Assembly: GCF_009914755.1 (NCBI RefSeq)
Contig: NC_060947.1
Length of the DNA stretch: 64,000 nucleotides
Reading direction: 5' to 3' (one strand)
DNA from: the human T2T-CHM13v2.0 reference genome, Homo sapiens
The notes beneath the pieces were generated by a model, which saw only the letters and a list, made by a program, of their open reading frames with translations, was not told the origin of the DNA and made no database searches. The position numbers and the translations under genes were made by a program. Positions 56,301 through 64,000 of this stretch are shown piece after piece. Every line of letters begins with the position of its first letter. Position 1 is the first letter of the stretch.

Positions 56301-56731
56301 CAGCTGACCTTGAACAACACTGGTTCGAATTGCATGGGTCCACCTGTATATGGATTTTCTTTCACCTCTGCCACCTATGAGATCACAAGACCCCTTTTTT
56401 CCCCTTCTCCTCTTCAGCCTACTCAATATGAAGACAATGAGAATGAAGATGTTTATGATAATCCACTTTGACTTAATGAATAGTAAATATATTTTCTCTT
56501 CCTTACGGTTTCTTTAAAAACATTTTCTTTTCTCTAGCTCACTTTATTGTAAACATAAAGTATATAATAGATATAACATAAAAATATGTGTTAGTCAACT
56601 GTTTATGTTATCCGAAAGGCTTCCTGTCAACAGTAGGCTATGAGGAGCTGGGGATGCAATAGTTATACACGATTTCCCACAGCATGAGAGGGTTGGTTTC
56701 CTTAACTTTCACGTTGTTCAAGGGCCAACTA
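56301..56731 (+). mobile_element. Tigger2a (MER28) DNA transposon
   Basis: TIRs cagctgaccttgaacaac / gttgttcaagggccaacta; internal cagcctactcaatatgaagacaatgag. Confidence 0.88.
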
Positions 56732-56769
56732 CACTTCATAGATAACGTAGGAAAGTTACAATAGAATAA

Positions 56770-58920
<2,151 letters not shown>

Positions 58921-58949
58921 AAAAAAGAACTTTACATATTTCATTTCTC

Positions 58950-59600
58950 ATTTCATTTGGAAAAAAATTCAAACAGAGAGAGTATATCAAAGAATGGAAC
59001 AGTGATCTCCCATATACCACCATAGATACTGAACAATTAGAAACATTTTGCCATATTTAATCTAGATATACATATATACGAATACATGTTAGTGTATGTA
59101 TGTGTATATATACAGAGAGAGAGAGACTGTTTTTGCGTAAGTTGCAGTTAAGTTTCAGGAATCACGAATCTTCATCTCTGAAACTTCAGCAAGAGTCTGC
59201 TAAAATTAAAAACATTCTTCTATAAAACCATAAAATAATTATCATCCTTACAATATTAACAATTTCAGAATACTTTCTAATAGAGTTATTTTCTTGAATT
59301 TCATCTTTTCCAAACCAGAATCTAATAAGCTTTTACTCATGGCATTTGGTTGTTATGTATGTTTAGTCTCATTCCATCTATAATATTGACTTTTTCATGG
59401 CACTGACATTTAAAGAAATCAAACCACATATTTTGTATAATATCCCACATTGTGGATGTGCCTAATTATTTCCTCAGGATCTCATATAAATTGTTTCTCT
59501 ACTCTAAACTGAAAGGTAAGTCTATTTACTTACTTAGATTCAACTAAAATTTTTTGAAAACATAAATCATAGGTGGTATTGTGCACTTCATATTGGTTAA
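58950..59600 (-). mobile_element. L1MC4/5-like 3' UTR fragment
   Basis: cccatatacccaccatagat...acattttgccatattt...ggcatttggttgttatgt. Confidence 0.6.
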
Positions 59601-60166
59601 TGTTACCTTTCTCTCATTTCTGTCAAAGTTTGTTCACATTATTGCTAGGTAGCTTAGTCTAAATAGGAGCCAGATATTGGTGGCAGAAAATACATTACCC
59701 ATTACTGTCCTCACAATTTTTCTCTAATCTTAGTAGATGTGCTTCAGATCAAACTTTGCTTGCACTGCAGTGTTCAACTCCTACTAGTGTCCAGGCTATT
59801 TTCTTAAAATCCTCTTAGTAAGTAAAGCCCTATCTTCCTGCCATTCTGCTGTCACCTTCAGCCTAAGTTTCTCTCTCTCTCACACACACAAGACCTCACT
59901 AAAAGCCACAATAAGAAGATAACACATGTCAATACCCTGCATTTTTCCTAACATTTGCCTTATCAATATAGCCTTATGGGGTATGATTTCTATACCTTTT
60001 TTTCTTCACGTTATATTCAACTTTCTAGTGTCACTTTGTTTTAGACGCATCTCTTGTACAGAGCATGTAACTAATTTTTATTTAATCTTTGCATTTCTCC
60101 TTACATCTCGTGAAGGATGTTTCAGGCTCCATATGACAGGTGAATCGTACCTACAAAAAAGAAGGA

Positions 60167-60498
60167 GGCCAGGCGCGGTGGCTCATGCCTGTAATCCCAG
60201 CACTTTGGGAGGCCGAGGTGGGCAGATCATGAGGTCAAGAGATTGAGACAGACCATCCTGGCCAACATGGTGAAACCTCGTCTCTACTAAAAATACAAAA
60301 ATTAGATGGGTGTGGTGGTGCATGCCTGTAGTCCCAGCTACTCAGGAGGCTGAGGCAGGAGAATTGCTTGAACCTGGGAGGCGGAGATTTCATTGAGCCG
60401 AGAGTGAGCTGAGATTACACCACTGCACTCCAGCCTGGTGGCAGAGCGAGACTCTATCTCAAAAAAAAAAAAAAAAAAGAAAAAAGAAAAAGAAAGAA
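60167..60498 (+). mobile_element. AluSc with small internal duplications
   Basis: gatcatgaggtcaagagattgagac and ccagcctggtggcagagc; A-rich tail. Confidence 0.93.
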
Positions 60499-61109
60499 CA
60501 TGAAAATTGGGTAGGTCAACAACAATGTCCAAAATGGAATTTTAAAGCATTTACCTTTGTTGTCATAAAAAATGTATTTGGTGTTAGTTTGCTCATTTAT
60601 TTTATTTTATGTTCATTGTTATTTTGTTTTCTCTGTCTGCTCTGTTTCTGGATAAGTTCTTGGCCTTTGTTTGCTTCCATCTTTCTCGGTGTTTTGGAAA
60701 ATATTCCTCCCATTTTTAACTCTGCAAGTAGTTAACCATCTTTAGCATGCACATCTCTATTTATCAGAAAGTGAAGTGAAATTTTGTTTTTGATTGTCTC
60801 CTATGTAATATGAATAAATCAACACTTTTATCTCTCCCTCTTTATCCTTTGCAGTTTCGTTGTTATAATCTGAGAATTAAAACACGAATTACTGCTATAA
60901 AATTACTATTGTTTCCATTGTCTAGTATTGTTTTTTGACTTTTGCAGTGAATTTTGTAATCATATTTACAACATTAAATACACTACTGTATATTTAAGCG
61001 GACCCATTGCTTACTCCTAGTTCTTGATATCTATTTTCTCACACATACATTTAACTTTGTTTTGTCTCTCAGTAATCCTGAGTATAATTCAATCATTTTC
61101 CTAAGATAA

Positions 61110-61718
<609 letters not shown>

Positions 61719-62698
61719 TAGATTTAAAGTACTTGGATCTCAGCCCCTTTTCTTCAAAAATTGTGTAGAATATTGGTTTTCAATTTTTCTATCAATAGAA
61801 GTCCCACTATAAAAAATGTATTTAGCATCCTAATATTTAAAATAGATAAATTTGGATAATAATAGTTTACATTTATTTAGATTACTTGAGTACTTTTTTT
61901 ACTACTAAGTTTTGATTGCTTCACTCATCCCCAGGATTGTCTGAGAACTTTACGCTCAAACTTCCACATGCCCAAGTTACAGAATAGTCATTTATATTTT
62001 TACGGCTCCAGGGCCCTTCTTCCTTAATATGGCAAGAAACTTCTAAATGTTTACTTTTTCTCAAAAGGCCAACACTGCTTCTCACTTAACTCTGCAAGCC
62101 ATATCAAGATGCACCCTGAAGGCTAGCAGACTCCATAACTGTTACTGTTTTCTCTGTGCCTTAAAATGTGTATTTACCACTTATTTTCCTATATTAAGGA
62201 GTACACAGGAAAAGTCTGAGGACAGTCTGACATTAGTAGACAACATGATTTTATTTTAAATAGATGTATATATATTTTAATTTATCTTTATAATGTAATT
62301 TTTATCAAGATGTGTCTTAATGCAGGTATTTTCAAAAATTTACTTTGCCCAACTTGTTGGTGTGTTCCGTTAGGACCATAGGTCTTGTGGGGAGTAGAAT
62401 TTCCTCTTAGATTCTGGTACCAAGAATCAGCCTTCATTCTCATTGTTTGTTTGTTATGAGGTTTCTTCATTTTGTTTGTTCTGAGTTGTTTATTTTTTCT
62501 TATACCTGCATGTGTTTATTAATGGAAACACATTTAACTCCGCATGATTCCCTTCTTTATATATGTATTCATGTAACCACGTGTTAAATAACACAGCCTT
62601 AACTTCATATAATACTTCAAATGCTAAGCAAATGAAACAGCCCTTTGATAATCTGCATTCTGGAGTGTGTTAATACATAGAATTCTTAATGCCTGAAT

Positions 62699-62749
62699 AC
62701 ACACACATACACACACACACACACACACGCACATGCACACATACACACA
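62699..62749. repeat. Imperfect (CA)n microsatellite
   Basis: Direct reading. Confidence 0.9.
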
Positions 62750-63094
62750 TTCTCTACATTTAGAATTAAAAATCAACATATCTTTTCAATTTAAAAATTA
62801 TGTGAACAGATGATAAAGAATTGCAAAAATATAGTACTCTAGGTATAGATCTCCCATTCTATACTTTTGCAAAAAATATTTTGTTCATTATGTCAAGTCA
62901 AAACTATTAATATTACCTATGTATTCCTGACCATTGTCATGAGTTTCTGAAAATGTCACTCAGTTAAAATCCATTGGTCCAAAATTTAAATGTCTTAGGC
63001 TTTTTTGGTCTTTTGCCACATTGGGAGGTTGAAAGTAATGTTAATCATTCTACCTAGATTTGTTTGTAACAGACAAATACCTAAATTAATCAGT

Positions 63095-63985
63095 CATTTC
63101 TCACCATTAAGAAAATAGAAAGGCAAGTTACAGACTGGGAAAAATATTGACAATACATATATTTAGCAAAGACTGTTATCTAGAATACATAAACAATACC
63201 TACAACTAGATAATAAAAGCATAAACAACCCAATTAAAACCAAAACAGACACCAGTACATTCACACTAGAATCGTTAAAATTAACAAGAATGATAAAAGC
63301 AAGTATTGGTGAGACTGTAGAAAAACTTGGAATTCTCATATATTGCTGGTGAGATAGAAAAATAATATATACATTTTTAAAACAATTTGGCAGTTTGTTT
63401 TTAAAAAGGTAAAAGTAAACATACACCTACCATATGATCCAATAATTCTACTGAAAACATGTCCTCACAAATACCTGTGTATGAATGTTCATAGCAGCAT
63501 TATTCACAATAGCCAAAATCTGGAAACATCTCAAATGTCTTTCAACTGGTGAATGGATAAGCAATTGAGGATCTATTCACACGATGGAATACTACTCAGC
63601 AATAAAAGCAAAATAAACTGTCAGGTTACATAACCACATAGATAAATCTCTAAGTCATTAAGGTGAACAAAAGAAACCAGGCACAAGTATTCTATAGTCT
63701 GATTTCATTTCCATTTAAATGACATTTTGGGAAACCTAATCTCATTCTTGGTGACTAAAAGCAGACCTGTAGGTCTTGAATACTGTGGGGTAAGAATAAC
63801 CAACTGCAAAGGTGAAGGATATAATTCTGAAGGTCATGGAAAATATTCTAAATCTTGGGAGAGATGTTGGCTACGTGACTGTATATATTTTGTCAAAACA
63901 TCAGACTGCATCCTTGAAATGGGTACATTAAATTTATAATTTTATTACATATAAATTATACCTCAAAAAACTTGATTTACAAATT
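63095..63985 (+). mobile_element. L1MD/L1ME ORF2 end and 3' UTR
   Basis: atgaatgttcatagcagcattattcacaatagccaaaatctggaaaca...tacatataaattatacctcaaaaaacttgattt. Confidence 0.85.
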
Positions 63986-64000
63986 ATAATAGAAGAGTGT

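Overview
AT-rich, CpG-depleted primate genomic DNA (almost certainly human, given AluY/AluS/AluJ, L1PA, THE1 and MER4 elements), intergenic or intronic. I found no intact protein-coding gene or RNA gene; the long ORFs in the track come from L1 ORF2 remnants, antisense Alus or purine-pyrimidine microsatellites. Much of the window is transposon-derived, including a MER4A-type provirus (26784-35376) inserted in an old L1 and itself carrying LTR8, L1 and AluY insertions. Best non-standard signals: (1) a perfect 36-bp inverted repeat bracketing a 1.2-kb alternating purine-pyrimidine tract, with a GAGT microhomology suggesting template switching; (2) a 40-bp sequence repeated 1.55 kb away, where inverted copies form a 63-nt hairpin; (3) a repeat-free cluster of frame-symmetric exon-like blocks at 38342-39314 that may be a decayed gene or spliced lncRNA. 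Repeat subfamily names come from recalled consensus motifs, not from a database search.
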